This document shows positions 11,120 to 24,200 of a DNA stretch of 64,000 nt, one piece after another (the first letter of the stretch is position 1; each line of letters starts with the position of its first letter). A program made the position numbers and the translations under genes. The notes below the pieces were generated by a model. It did not search any database and was not told the origin of the DNA. It saw nothing but the letters and a program-made list of their open reading frames with translations. The DNA is taken from positions 133,548,001-133,612,000 of the forward strand of contig OZ024743.1 of the NCBI GenBank assembly GCA_964016885.1. Reading direction: 5' to 3'. The DNA comes from Eledone cirrhosa. Lineage: Eukaryota.

Positions 11120-14100
11120 TGCTTGGGGTTTGGTGTTTGGTGCTTGGTGCTTGGTGTTTGGTGCTTGGTGCTTGGTGTTTGGTGCTTGGTGCTTTGTGTT
11201 TGGTGCTTGGTGTTTGGTGCTTGGTGCTTGGTGCTTGGTGCTTGGTGTTAGGTGTTTGGTGCTTGGTGATTGGTGTTTGATGTTAGGTTCTTGGTGCTTG
11301 GTGTTTGGTGTTTGGTGCTTGGTACTTGGTGTTTGGTGTTTGGTGGTTGCTGCTTGGTGCTTGGTGTTTTGTGTTTGGAGTTTGGTGCTTGGTGTTTGGT
11401 GCTTCGGTCTTGGTGTTTGGTGTTTGGTGATTGCTGCTTGTTGCTTGGTGTTTGGTGCTTGGTGCTTGGTGATTAGTGTTTGGTGATTGGTGCTTGGGGT
11501 TTGCTGTTTGGTGCTTGGTGTTTGGTGCTTGGTGCTTGCTGTTTGGTGTCTGGTGTTTGGTTCTTGATGCTTGGTGTTTGGTGTTTGGTGTCTGGTGCTT
11601 GGTGCTTGGTGCTTGGTGTTTGGTGCTTGGTGCTTGGTGCTTGGTGCTTGGTGTTTGGTGCTTGGTGTTTGATGCTGCGTGCTTGGTGTTTGGTGTTTGG
11701 TGCTTGGTGCTTGGTGTTTGGTGTTTGGAGCTTGGTTCCTGCTGCTTGTTGTTTGGTGTTTGGTGCTTGGTGCATGGTATTTGGTGTTTGGTGCTTGGTG
11801 CTTGGTGCTTGGTATCTGGTGTTTGGTGCTTGGTGTTTGGTGTTTGGTGCTTGGTGCTTGGTGTTTGGTGCTTGGTGTTTGGTGTTTGGTGTTTGATGCT
11901 TGGTGTTTGCTGCTTGGTGCTTGGTGCTTGGTGCTTTGTGTTTGATGCTTGGTGCCTGGTGCCTGGTGCTTGGTGCTTGGTGCTTGTTGTTTGGTGCTTG
12001 GTGATTAGTGTTTGGTGCTTGGTGCTTGCGGTTTGATGTTTAGTGCTTGGGGTTTGGTGTTTGTTGCTTGGTGCTTGGTGTTTGGTGCTTGGTGCTTGGT
12101 GCTTGGTGTTTGGTGCTTGGTGCTTGGTGTTAGGTGTTTGGTGCTTGGTGCTTGGTGTTTGATGTTTGGTCCTTGGTGCTTGGTGTTTGGTGTTTGGTGC
12201 TTGGTGCTTGGTGTTTGGTGTTTGGTGCTTGCTGCTTGCTGCTTGGTGTTTGGTGCTTGATGATTGGTGCTTGGTGTTTTGTGCTTGGTGCTTGGTGCTT
12301 GTTATCTGGTGTTTGGTGCTTGGTGTTTGGTGTTTGGTGCTTGGTGCTTGGTGTTTGGTGCTTGGTGTTTGGTGTTTGGTGTTTGATGCTTGGTGTTTGC
12401 TGCTTGGTGCTTGGTGCTTGGTGTTTTGTGTTTGGTGCTTGGTGCTTGGTGCTTGGTATCTGGTGTTTGGTGCTTGGTGTTTGGTGTTTGGTGCTTGGTG
12501 CTTGGTGTTTGGTGCTTGGTGTTTGGTGTTTGGTGTTTGATGCTTGGTGTTTGCTGCTTGGTGCTTGGTGCTTGGTGTTTTGTGTTTGGTGCTTGGTGCC
12601 TGGTGCCTGGCGCTTGGTGCTTGGTGCTTGTTGTTTGGTGCTTGGTGCTTGGTGATTAGTGTTTGGTGCTTGGTGCTTGCGGTTTGATGTTTGGTGCTTG
12701 GGGTTTGGTGTTTGGTGGTTGGTGCTTGGTGTTTGGTGCTTGGTGCTTGGTGCTTGGTGTTTGGTGCTTGGTGCTTGGTGTTAGGTGTTTGGTGCTTGGT
12801 GCTTGGTGTTTGGTGTTTGGTGCTTGCTGCTTGCTGCTTGGTGTTTGGTGCTTGGTGATTGGTGCTTGGTGTTTTGTGCTTGGTGCTTGGTGTTTGGTGT
12901 TTGGTGCTAGGGGCTTGGTGCTTGGTGCTTGGTATTTGGTGCCTGGTGCTTGCTGTTTGGTTTTTGGTGCTTGGTGCGTGGGACATAGTGTTTGGTGTTT
13001 GGTGCTTGGTGTTTGGTGATTGGTGTTTGGTGCTTGGTGTTTGGGGCTTGGTGTTCGGTGCTTGGTGCTTGGTGCTTGGGGCTTGGTGTTTGGTGTTTGG
13101 TGCTTGGTGCTTGGTGTTTGATCTTGGGTCCTTGGTGCTTGGTCTTTGGTGTTTGGTGCTTGGTGCTTGGTGTTTGGTGCTTGGTGCTTGGTGTTTGGTG
13201 TTTGGTGCTTGGTGCTTGGGGCTTGGTGTTTGGTGCTTGGTGCTTGGTGTTTGGTGCTTGGTGCTTGGGGCTTGGTAGTTGGTGCTTGGTGCTTGGTGCC
13301 TGGTGTTTGGTGTTTGGAGTTTGGTGCTTGGTGTTTGGTGCTTGGTGCTTGGTGCTGGGTGGTTGGTGTTTGGTGCTTGGTGCTTGGTGTTTGGTGCTTG
13401 GTGCTTGGTGCTTGTTGTTTGGTGCTTGGTGCTTGGTGCTTGGTCTTTGGTGCATGGTGTTTGGTGTTTGGCGCTTGGTGCTTGGTGCTTGGTGTTTGGT
13501 GCTTGGTGCTTGGTGCTTGGTGTTTGGTGCTTGGTTCTTGGTGATTAGTGTTTGTTGCTTGGTGCTTGGGGTTTGGTGGTTTGTCCTTGGTGCTTGGTGT
13601 TTGGTGTTTGGTGTTTGGTGTTTGGTGTTTGCTGTTTGGTGTCTGCTTTTTGGTGTTTGGTGTTTGCTGTATGGGGTTTGCTGTTTCGTATTTGGTTTTT
13701 GCTGTTTGGTGTTTGGTGTTTGGTGTTTGGTGCTTGGTGCCTTGTGCTTGTTGTATGGTGTTTGGTGCTTGGTGCTTGGTGTTTGGTGTTTGCTGCTTGG
13801 TGTCTGGTGTTTGGTGCTTGGTGTTTGGTGTTTGGTGCTTGGTGCTTGGTGCTTGGTGTTTGGTGTTTGGTGCTTGGTGCTTGGTGTTTGGTGTTTGGTG
13901 CTGGGTGCATGGAGTTTGGTTCTTTGTGCTTAGTGCTTGGTGTTTGGTGTTTGGTGCTTGGTATTTGGTGTTTGGTGTTTGATGCTTGGTGTGTGGTGCT
14001 TGGTGCTTGGTGTTTTGTGTTTGGTGCTTGGTGCTTGGTGCCTGGTGCTTGGTGCTTGGTGCTTGTTGTTTGGTGCTTGGTGCTTGGTGATTAGTGTTTG

Positions 14101-17100
14101 GTGCTTGGTCCTTGGGGTTTGCTGTTTGGTGCGTGGAGCTTGGTATTTGGTGCTTGGTGCTTGGTGTTTGGTGTTTGGTGCTTGGGGTTTGGTGTTTGGT
14201 GCTTGGTGCTTGGTGTTTGGTGCTTGGTGCTTGGTGTTTGGTGCTTGGTGCTTTGTGTTTGGTGCTTGGTGTTTGGTGCTTGGTGCTTGGTGCTTGGTGC
14301 TTGGTGTTAGGTGTTTGGTGCTTGGTGCTTGGTGTTTGGTGTTTGGTGCTTGCTGCTTGCTGCTTGGTGTTTGGTGCTTGGTGATTGGTGCTTGGTGTTT
14401 TGTGCTTGGTGCTTGGTGTTTGGTGTTTGGTGCTAGGGGCTAGGTGCTTGGTGCTTGGTGTTTGGTGCCTGGTGCTTGCTGTTTGGTTTTTGGTGCTTGG
14501 TGCGTGGGACATAGTGTTTGGTGTTTGGTGCTTGGTGTTTGGTGATTGGTGTTTGGTGCCTGGTGTTTGGGGCTTGGTGTTCGGTGCTTGGTGCTTGGTG
14601 CTTGGGGCTTGGTGTTTGGTGTTTGGTGCTTGGTGCTTGGTGTTTGATCTTGGGTCCTTGGTGCTTGGTCTTTGGTGTTTGGTGCTTGGTGCTTGGTGTT
14701 TGGTGCTTGGTGCTTGGTGTTTGGTGTTTGGTGCTTGGTGCTTGGGGCTTGGTGTTTGGTGCTTGGTGCTTGGTGTTTGGTGCTTGGTGCTTGTTGTTTG
14801 GTGCTTGGTGCTTGGTGCTTGGTCTTTGGTGCATGGGGTTTGGTGTTTGGCGCTTGGTGCTTGGTGCTTGGTGTTTGGTGCTTGGTGCTTGGTGCTTGGT
14901 GTTTGGTGCTTGGTTCTTGGTGATTAGTGTTTGTTGCTTGGTGCTTGGGGTTTGGTGGTTGGTCCTTGGTGCTTGGTGTTTGGTGTTTGGTGTTTGGTGT
15001 TTGGTTTTTGCTGTTTGGTGTCTGCTTTTTGGTGTTTGGTGTTTGCTGTATGGTGTTTGCTGTTTCGTATTTGGTTTTTGCTGTTTGGTGTTTGGTGTTT
15101 GCTGTTTTGTGTTTGGTGTTTGGTGCTTGGTGCTTGGTGCTTGGTGTTTGGCGTTTGGTGCTTGGAGCTTGGTGTTTGGTGCTTGGTGCTTGGTGTTTGG
15201 TGTTTGGTGCTTGGTGCCTGGTGCTTGTTGTATGGTGTTTGGTGCTTGGTGCTTGGTGTTTGGTGTTTGCTGCTTGGTGTCTGGTGTTTGGTGCTTGGTG
15301 TTTGGTGCTTGGTGCTTGGTGCTTGGTGCTTGGTGTTTGGTGTTTGGTGCTTGGTGCTTGGTGTTTGGTGTTTGGTGCTGGGTGCATGGAGTTTGGTGCT
15401 TGGTGCTTAGTGCTTGGTGTTTGGTGTTTGGTGCTTGGTATTTGGTGTTTGGTGTTTGATGCTTGGTGTGTGGTGCTTGGTGATTGGTGTTTTGTGTTTG
15501 GTGCTTGGTGCTTGGTGCCTGGTGCTTGGTGCTTGGTGCTTGTTGTTTGGTGCTTGGTGCTTGGGGTTTGGTGTTTGGTGCTTGGTGCTTGGTGTTTGGT
15601 GCTTGGTGCTTGGTGTTTGGTGCTTGGTGCTTTGTGTTTGGTGCTTGGTGTTTGGTGCTTGGTGCTTGGTGCTTGGTGCTTGGTGTTAGGTGTTTGGTGC
15701 TTGGTGATTGGTGTTTGATGTTAGGTTCTTGGTGCTTGGTGTTTGGTGTTTGGTGCTTGGTACTTGGTGTTTGGTGTTTGGTGGTTGCTGCTTGGTGCTT
15801 GGTGTTTTGTGTTTGGAGTTTGGTGCTTGGTGTTTGGTGCTTCGGTCTTGGTGTTTGGTGTTTGGTGATTGCTGCTTGTTGCTTGGTGTTTGGTGCTTGG
15901 TGCTTGGTGATTAGTGTTTGGTGATTGGTGCTTGGGGTTTGCTGTTTGGTGCTTGGTGTTTGGTGCTTGGTGCTTGCTGTTTGGTGTTTGGTGTTTGGTT
16001 CTTGGTGCTTGGTGTTTGGTGTTTGGTGTCTGGTGCTTGGTGCTTGGTGCTTGGTGTTTGGTGCTTGGTGCTTGGTGCTTGGTGCTTGGTGTTTGGTGCT
16101 TGGTGTTTGATGCTGCGTGCTTGGTGTTTGGTGTTTGGTGCTTGGTGCTTGGTGTTTGGTGTTTGGAGCTTGGTTCCTGCTGCTTGTTGTTTGGTGTTTG
16201 GTGCTTGGTGCTTGGTGTTTGGTGTTTGGTGCTTGGTGCTTGGTGCTTGGTATCTGGTGTTTGGTGCTTGGTGTTTGGTGTTTGGTGCTTGGTGCTTGGT
16301 GTTTGGTGCTTGGTGTTTGGTGTTTGGTGTTTGATGCTTGGTGTTTGCTGCTTGGTGCTTGGTGCTTGGTGTTTTGTGTTTGGTGCTTGGTGCCTGGTGC
16401 CTGGTGCTTGGTGCTTGGTGCTTGTTGTTTGGTGCTTGGTGCTTGGTGATTAGTGTTTGGTGCTTGGTGCTTGCGGTTTGATGTTTGGTGCTTGGGGTTT
16501 GGTGTTTGGTGCTTGGTGCTTGGTGTTTGGTGCTTGGTGCTTGGTGCTTGGTGTTTGGTGCTTGGTGCTTGGTGTTAGGTGTTTGGTGCTTGGTGCTTGG
16601 TGTTTGATGTTTGGTCCTTGGTGCTTGGTGTTTGGTGTTTGGTGCTTGGTGCTTGGTGTTTGGTGTTTGGTGCTTGCTGCTTGCTGCTTGGTGTTTGGTG
16701 CTTGGTGATTGGTGCTTGGTGTTTTGTGCTTGGTGCTTGGTGCTTGGTATCTGGTGTTTGGTGCTTGGTGTTTGGTGTTTGGTGCTTGGTGCTTGGTGTT
16801 TGGTGCTTGGTGTTTGGTGTTTGGTGTTTGATGCTTGGTGTTTGCTGCTTGGTGCTTGGTGCTTGGTGTTTTGTGTTTGGTGCTTGGTGCTTGGTGCTTG
16901 GTATCTGGTGTTTGGTGCTTGGTGTTTGGTGTTTGGTGCTTGGTGCTTGGTGTTTGGTGCTTGGTGTTTGGTGTTTGGTGTTTGATGCTTGGTGTTTGCT
17001 GCTTGGTGCTTGGTGCTTGGTGTTTTGTGTTTGGTGCTTGGTGCCTGGTGCCTGGCGCTTGGTGCTTGGTGTTTGTTGTTTGGTGCTTGGTGCTTGGTGA

Positions 17101-18770
17101 TTAGTGTTTGGTGCTTGGTGCTTGCGGTTTGATGTTTGGTGCTTGGGGTTTGGTGTTTGGTGCTTGGTGCTTGGTGTTTGGTGCTTGGTGCTTGGTGCTT
17201 GGTGTTTGGTGCTTGGTGCTTGGTGTTAGGTGTTTGGTGCTTGGTGCTTGGTGTTTGGTGTTTGGTGCTTGCTGCTTGCTGCTTGGTGTTTGGTGCTTGG
17301 TGATTGGTGCTTGGTGTTTTGTGCTTGGTGCTTGGTGTTTGGTGTTTGGTGCTAGGGGCTTGGTGCTTGGTGCTTGGTATTTGGTGCCTGGTGCTTGCTG
17401 TTTGGTTTTTGGTGCTTGGTGCGTGGGACATAGTGTTTGGTGTTTGGTGCTTGGTATTTGGTGATTGGTGTTTGGTGCTTGGTGTTTGGGGCTTGGTGTT
17501 CGGTGCTTGGTGCTTGGTGCTTGGGGCTTGGTGTTTGGTGTATGGTGCTTGGTGCTTGGTGTTTGATCTTGGGTCCTTGGTGCTTGGTCTTTGGTGTTTG
17601 GTGCTTGGTGCTTGGTGTTTGGTGCTTGGTGCTTGGTGTTTGGTGTTTGGTGCTTGGTGCTTGGGGCTTGGTGTTTGGTGCTTGGTGCTTGGTGTTTGGT
17701 GCTTGGTGCTTGGGGCTTGGTAGTTGGTGCTTGGTGCTTGGTGCCTGGTGTTTGGTGTTTGGAGTTTGGTGCTTGGTGTTTGGTGCTTGGTGCTTGGTGC
17801 TGGGTGGTTGGTGTTTGGTGCTTGGTGCTTGGTGTTTGGTGCTTGGTGCTTGGTGCTTGTTGTTTGGTGCTTGGTGCTTGGTGCTTGGTCTTTGGTGCAT
17901 GGTGTTTGGTGTTTGGCGCTTGGTGCTTGGTGCTTGGTGTTTGGTGCTTGGTGCTTGGTGCTTGGTGTTTGGTGCTTGGTTCTTGGTGATTAGTGTTTGT
18001 TGCTTGGTGCTTGGGGTTTGGTGGTTTGTCCTTGGTGCTTGGTGTTTGGTGTTTGGTGTTTGGTGTTTGGTGTTTGCTGTTTGGTGTCTGCTTTTTGGTG
18101 TTTGGTGTTTGCTGTATGGGGTTTGCTGTTTCGTATTTGGTTTTTGCTGTTTGGTGTTTGGTGTTTGGTGTTTGGTGCTTGGTGACTTGTGCTTGTTGTA
18201 TGGTGTTTGGTGCTTGGTGCTTGGTGTTTGGTGTTTGCTGCTTGGTGTCTGGTGTTTGGTGCTTGGTGTTTGGTGTTTGGTGCTTGGTGCTTGGTGCTTG
18301 GTGTTTGGTGTTTGGTGCTTGGTGCTTGGTGTTTGGTGTTTGGTGCTGGGTGCATGGAGTTTGGTGCTTTGTGCTTAGTGCTTGGTGTTTGGTGTTTGGT
18401 GCTTGGTATTTGGTGTTTGGTGTTTGATGCTTGGTGTGTGGTGCTTGGTGCTTGGTGTTTTGTGTTTGGTGCTTGGTGCTTGGTGCCTGGTGCTTGGTGC
18501 TTGGTGCTTGTTGTTTGGTGCTTGGTGCTTGGTGATTAGTGTTTGGTGCTTGGTCCTTGGGGTTTGCTGTTTGGTGCGTGGAGCTTGGTATTTGGTGCTT
18601 GGTGCTTGGTGTTTGGTGTTTGGTGCTTGGGGTTTGGTGTTTGGTGCTTGGTGCTTGGTGTTTGGTGCTTGGTGCTTGGTGTTTGGTGCTTGGTGCTTTG
18701 TGTTTGGTGCTTGGTGTTTGGTGCTTGGTGCTTGGTGCTTGGTGCTTGGTGTTAGGTGTTTGGTGCTTGG
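11120..18770 (+). repeat. Higher-order duplication ~11120-14325 / ~15558-18770 (offset 4438 then 4445 = 634/635 units)
   Basis: Matching ORF pairs: 11270/15708 and 11476/15914 (4438); 12663/17108, 12992/17437, 13548/17993 and 14094/18539 (4445). The rare words gcgtgggacatagtg and gatcttgggtcc are shared. Confidence 0.9.
12300..12600 (+). repeat. 154-bp (22-unit) local tandem duplication, also at ~16745-17045
   Basis: tatctgg at 12303 and 12457 (and at 16748 and 16902) is followed each time by the same gatgc/tgctgc/ttttgtg variant order. Confidence 0.8.
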
Positions 18771-21239
18771 TGATTGGTGTTTGATTTTACGTTCTTGGTG
18801 CTTTGTGTTTGGTGTTTGGTGCTTGGTACTTGGTGTTTGGTGTTTGGTGGTTGCTGCTTGGTGCTTGGTGTTTTGTGTTTGGAGTTTGGTGCTTGGTGTT
18901 TGGTGCTTCGGTCTTGGTGTTTGGTGTTTGGTGATTGCTGCTTGGTGCTTGGTGTTTGGTGCTTGGTGCTTGGTGATTAGTGTTTGGTGATTGGTGCTTG
19001 GGGTTTGCTGTTTGGTGCTTGGTGTTTGGTGCTTGGTGCTTGCTGTTTAGTGTTTGGTGTTTGGTTCTTGGTGCTTGGTGTTTGGTGTTTGGTGTCTGGT
19101 GCTTGGTGCTTGGTGCTTGGTGTTTGGTGCTTGGTGCTTGGTGCTTGGTGTTTGGTGCTGCGTGCTTGGTGTTTGGTGTTTGGTGCTTGGTGCCTGGTGC
19201 TTGTTGTTTGGTGTTTGGTGCTTAGTGCTTGGTGTTTGGTGTTTGGTGCTTGGTGCTTGGTGGCTGGTGCTTGGTGCTTGGTGTTTGGAGTTTGGTGCTT
19301 GGTGCTTGGTGCCTGGTGTTTCGTGCTTGGTGCTTGGTGCTTGGTGTTTGGTGTTTGGTGCTTGGTGTTTGGTGTTTGGTACCTGGTGCTTGGTGCTTGG
19401 TGCTTGGTGTTTGGTGCTTGGTGTTTGATGCTGCGTGCTTGGTGTTTGGTGTTTGGTGCTTGGTGCTTGGTGTTTGGTGTTTGGAGCTTGGTTCCTGCTG
19501 CTTGTTGTTTGGTGTTTGGTGCTTGGTGCTTGGTGTTTGGTGTTTGGTGCTTGGTGTTTGGTGCTTGGTATCTGGTGTTTGGTGCTTGATGTTTGGTGTT
19601 TGGTGCTTGGTGCTTGGTGCTTGGTGTTTGGTGTTTGGTGCTTGGTGCTTGGTGTTTGGTGCTTGGTGTTTGGTGTTTGGTGTTTGATGCTTGGTGTTTG
19701 CTGCTTGGTGCTTGGTGCTTGGTGTTTTGTGTTTGGTGCTTGGTGCCTGGTGCCTGGTGCTTGGTGCTTGGTGCTTGTTGTTTGGTGCTTGGTGCTTGGT
19801 GATTAGTGTTTGGTGCTTGGTGCTTGCGGTTTGATGTTTGGTGCCTGGGGTTTGGTGTTTGGTGCTTGGTGCTTGGTGTTTGGTGCTTGGTGCTTGGTGT
19901 TTGGTGTTTGGTGCTTGGTGCTTGGTGTTTGGTGCTTGGTGCTTGGTGTTTGGTGCTTGGTGTTTGGTGCTTGGTGCTTGGTGCTTGGTGCTTGGTGTTA
20001 GGTGTTTGGTGCTTGGTGCTTCGTGTTTGATGTTTGGTCCTTGGTGCTTGGTGTTTGGTGTTTGGTGCTTGGTGCTTGGTGTTTGGTGTTTGGTGCTTGC
20101 TGCTTGCTGCTTGGTGTTTGGTGCTTGGTGATTGGTGCTTGGTGTTTTGTGCTTGGTGCTTGATGTTTGGTGTTTGGTGCTAGGGGCTTGGTGCTTGGTG
20201 CTTGGTGTTTGGTGCTTGGTGCTTGCTGTTTGGTGTTTGGTGCTTGGTGCTTGGTGCTTGGTGTTTGATCTTGGGTCCTTGGTGCTTGGTGTTTGGTGTT
20301 TGGTGCTTGGTGCTTGATGTTTGGTGCTTGGTGCTTGGTGTTTGGTGTTTGGTGGTTGGTGCTTGGGGCTTGGTGTTTGGTGCTTGGTGCTTGGTGTTTA
20401 GTGCTTGGTGCTTGGGGCTTGGTAGTTGGTGCTTGGTGCTTGGTGCCTGGTGTTTGGTGTTTGGTGTTTGGTGCTTGGTGTTTGGTGCTTGGTGCTTGGT
20501 GCTGGGTGGTTGGTGTTTGGTGCTTGGTGCTTGGTGTTTGGTGCTTGGTGCTTGGTGCTTGTTGTTTGGTGCTTGGTGCTTGGTGCTTGGTCTTTGGTGC
20601 ATGGTGTTTGGTGTTTGGCGCTTGGTGCTTGGTGCTTGGTGTTTGGTGCTTGGTGCTTGGTGCTTGGTGTTTGGTGCTTGGTTCTTGGTGATTAGTGTTT
20701 GTTGCTTGGTGCTTGGGGTTTGGTGGTTGGTCCTTGGTGCTTGGTGTTTGGTGTTTGGTGTTTGGTGTTTGGTGTTTGCTGTTTGGTGTCTGCTTTTTGG
20801 TGTTTGGTGTTTGCTGTATGGTGTTTGCTGTTTCGTATTTGGTTTTTGCTGTTTGGTGTTTGGTGTTTGCTGTTTTGTGTTTGGTGTTTGGTGCTTGGTG
20901 CTTGGTGCTTGGTGTTTGGCGTTTGGTGCTTGGAGCTTGGTGTTTGGTGCTTGGTGATTGGTGTTTGGTGTTTGGTGCTTGGTGCCTGGTGCTTGTTGTA
21001 TGGTGTTTGGTGCTTGGTGCTTGGTGTTTGGTGTTTGCTGCTTGGTGTCTGGTGTTTGGTGCTTGGTGTTTGGTGTTTGGTGCTTGGTGCTTGGTGCTTG
21101 GTGTTTGGTGTTTGGTGCTTGGTGTTTGGTGTTTGGTGCTGGGTGCATGGAGTTTGGTGCTTGGTGCTTAGTGCTTGGTGTTTGATGTTTGGTGCTTGGT
21201 ATTTGGTGTTTGGTGTTTGATGCTTGGTGTGTGGTGCTT

Positions 21240-24200
21240 GGTGCTTGGTGCCTGGTGCTTGGTGCTTGGTGCTTGTTGTTTGGTGCTTGGTGCTTGGTGA
21301 TTAGTGTTTGGTGCTTGGTCCTTGGGGTTTGCTGTTTGGTGCGTGGTGCTTGGTATTTGGTGCTTGGTGCTTGGTGTTTGGTGTTTGGTGCTTGGAGTTT
21401 GGTGTTTGGTGCTTGGTGCTTGGTGCTTGGTGTTTGGTGCTTGGTGCTTGGTGTTTGGTGCTTGGTGCTTTGTGTTTGGTGCTTGGTGTTTGGTGCTTGG
21501 TGCTTGGTGCTTGGTGCTTGGTGTTAGGTGTTTGGTGCTTGGTGATTGGTGTTTGATGTTAGGTTCTTGGTGCTTGGTGTTTGGTGTTTGGTGCTTGGTG
21601 CTTGGTGTTTGGTGTTTGGTGCTTGGTGTTTTGTGTTTGGAGTTTAGTGCTTGGTGTTTGGTGCTTCGGTCTTGGTGTTTGGTGTTTGGTGCTTGGTGCT
21701 TGGTGTTTGGTGTTTGGTGCCTGGTGCTTGGTGTTTGGTGGTTGATGTTTGGTGTTTGGTGATTGGTGCTTGGTGTTTGGTGCTTGGTGCTTGGTGCTTG
21801 GTGCTTGGTGTTAGGCGTTTGGTGCTTGGTGCTTGGTGATTGATGTTTGGTCCTTGGTGCTTGGTGTTTGGTATTTGGTGCTTGGTGCTTGGTGCTTGGT
21901 GTTTGGTGTTTGGTGCTTGCTGCTTGCTGCTTGGTGTTTGGAGCTAGGGGCTTGGTGCTTGGTGCTTGGTGTTTGGTGCTTGGTGCTTGGTGTTTGGTGT
22001 TTGGTGCTTGGTGCGTGGGACTTGGTGTTTGGTGCTTGGTGTTTGGTGTTTGGTGTTTGGTGCTTGGTGCCTGGTGCTTGGTGTTTGGTGTTTGGTGCTT
22101 GGTGTTTGGTGCTTGGGGTTTCGTGCTTGGTGTTCGGTGCTTGGTGCTTGGTGCTTGGTGCTTGGTGTTTGGTGTTTGGTGCTTGGTGCTTGGTGTTTGA
22201 TATTTGGTCCTTGGTGCTTGGTGTTTGGTGTTGTGTGCTTGGTGCTTGGTGCTTGGTGTTTGGTGCTTGGTGTTTGGTGCTTGGTGTTTGGTGATTGGTG
22301 TTTGGTGCTTGGTGTTTGGGGCTTGGTGTTCGGTGCTTGGTGCTTGGTGCTTGGGGCTTGGTGTTTGGTGTTTGGTGCTTGGTGCTTGGTGTTTGATCTT
22401 GGGTCCTTGGTGCTTGGTCTTTGGTGTTTGGTGCTTGGTGCTTGGTGTTTGGTGCTTGGTGCTTGGTGTTTGGTGTTTGGTGCTTGGTGCTTGGGGCTTG
22501 GTGTTTGGTGCTTGGTGCTTGGTGTTTGGTGCTTGGTGCTTGGGGCTTGGTAGTTGGTGCTTGGTGCTTGGTGCCTGGTGTTTGGTGTTTGGAGTTTGGT
22601 GCTTGGTGTTTGGTGCTTGGTGCTTGGTGCTGGGTGGTTGGTGTTTGGTGCTTGGTGCTTGGTGTTTGGTGCTTGGTGCTTGGTGCTTGTTGTTTGGTGC
22701 TTGGTGTTTGGTGCTTGGTCTTTGGTGCATGGTGTTTGGTGTTTGGCGCTTGGTGCTTGGTGCTTGGTGTTTGGTGCTTGGTGCTTGGTGCTTGGTGTTT
22801 GGTGCTTGGTTCTTGGTGATTAGTGTTTGTTGCTTGGTGCTTGGGGTTTGGTGGTTTGTCCTTGGTGCTTGGTGTTTGGTGTTTGGTGTTTGGTGTTTGG
22901 TGTTTGCTGTTTGGTGTCTGCTTTTTGGTGTTTGGTGTTTGCTGTATGGGGTTTGCTGTTTCGTATTTGGTTTTTGCTGTTTGGTGTTTGGTGTTTGGTG
23001 TTTGGTGCTTGGTGCCTGGTGCTTGTTGTATGGTGTTTGGTGCTTGGTGCTTGGTGTTTGGTGTTTGCTGCTTGGTGTCTGGTGTTTGGTGCTTGGTGTT
23101 TGGTGTTTGGTGCTTGGTGCTTGGTGCTTGGTGTTTGGTGTTTGGTGTTTGGTGCTTGGTGTTTGGTGTTTGGTGCTGGGTGCATGGAGTTTGGTGCTTT
23201 GTGCTTAGTGCTTGGTGTTTGGTGTTTGGTGCTTGGTATTTGGTGTTTGGTGTTTGATGCTTGGTGTGTGGTGCTTGGTGCTTGGTGCCTGGTGCTTGGT
23301 GCTTGGTGCTTGTTGTTTGGTGCTTGGTGCTTGGTGATTAGTGTTTGGTGCCTGGTCCTTGGGGTTTGCTGTTTGGTGCGTGGAGCTTGGTATTTGGTGC
23401 TTGGTGCTTGGTGTTTGGTGTTTGGTGCTTGGGGTTTGGTGTTTGGTGCTTGGTGCTTGGTGTTTGGTGCTTGGTGCTTGGTGTTTGGTGCTTGGTGCTT
23501 TGTGTTTGGTGCTTGGTGTTTGGTGCTTGGTGCATGGTGCTTGGTGCTTGGTGTTAGGTGTTTGGTGCTTGGTGATTGGTGTTTGATGTTACGTTCTTGG
23601 TGCTTGGTGTTTGGTGTTTGGTGCTTGGTACTTGGTGTTTGGTGTTTGGTGGTTGCTGCTTGGTGCTTGGTGTTTTGTGTTTGGAGTTTGGTGCTTGGTG
23701 TTTGGTGCTTCGGTCTTGGTGTTTGGTGTTTGGTGATTGCTGCTTGGTGCTTGGTGTTTGGTGCTTGGTGCTTGGTGATTGGTGTTTGGTGATTGGTGCT
23801 TGGTACTTGGTGTTTGGTGTTTGGTGGTTGCTGCTTGGTGCTTGGTGTTTGATGTTTGTTGCTTGGTATTTGGTGTTTGGTGTTTGATGCTTGGTGTGTG
23901 GTGCTTGGTGCTTGGTGTTTTGTGTTTGGTGCTTGGTGCTTGGTGCCTGGTGCTTGGTGCTTGGTGCTTGTTGTTTGGTGCTTGGTGCTTGGTGATTAGT
24001 GTTTGGTGCTTGGTCCTTGGGGTTTGCTGTTTGGTGCGTGGTGCTTGGTATTTGGTGCTTGGTGCTTGGTGTTTGGTGTTTGGTGCTTGGAGTTTGGTGT
24101 TTGGTGCTTGGTGCTTGGTGCTTGGTGTTTGGTGCTTGGTGCTTGGTGTTTGGTGCTTGGTGCTTTGTGTTTGGTGCTTGGTGTTTGGTGCTTGGTGCTT

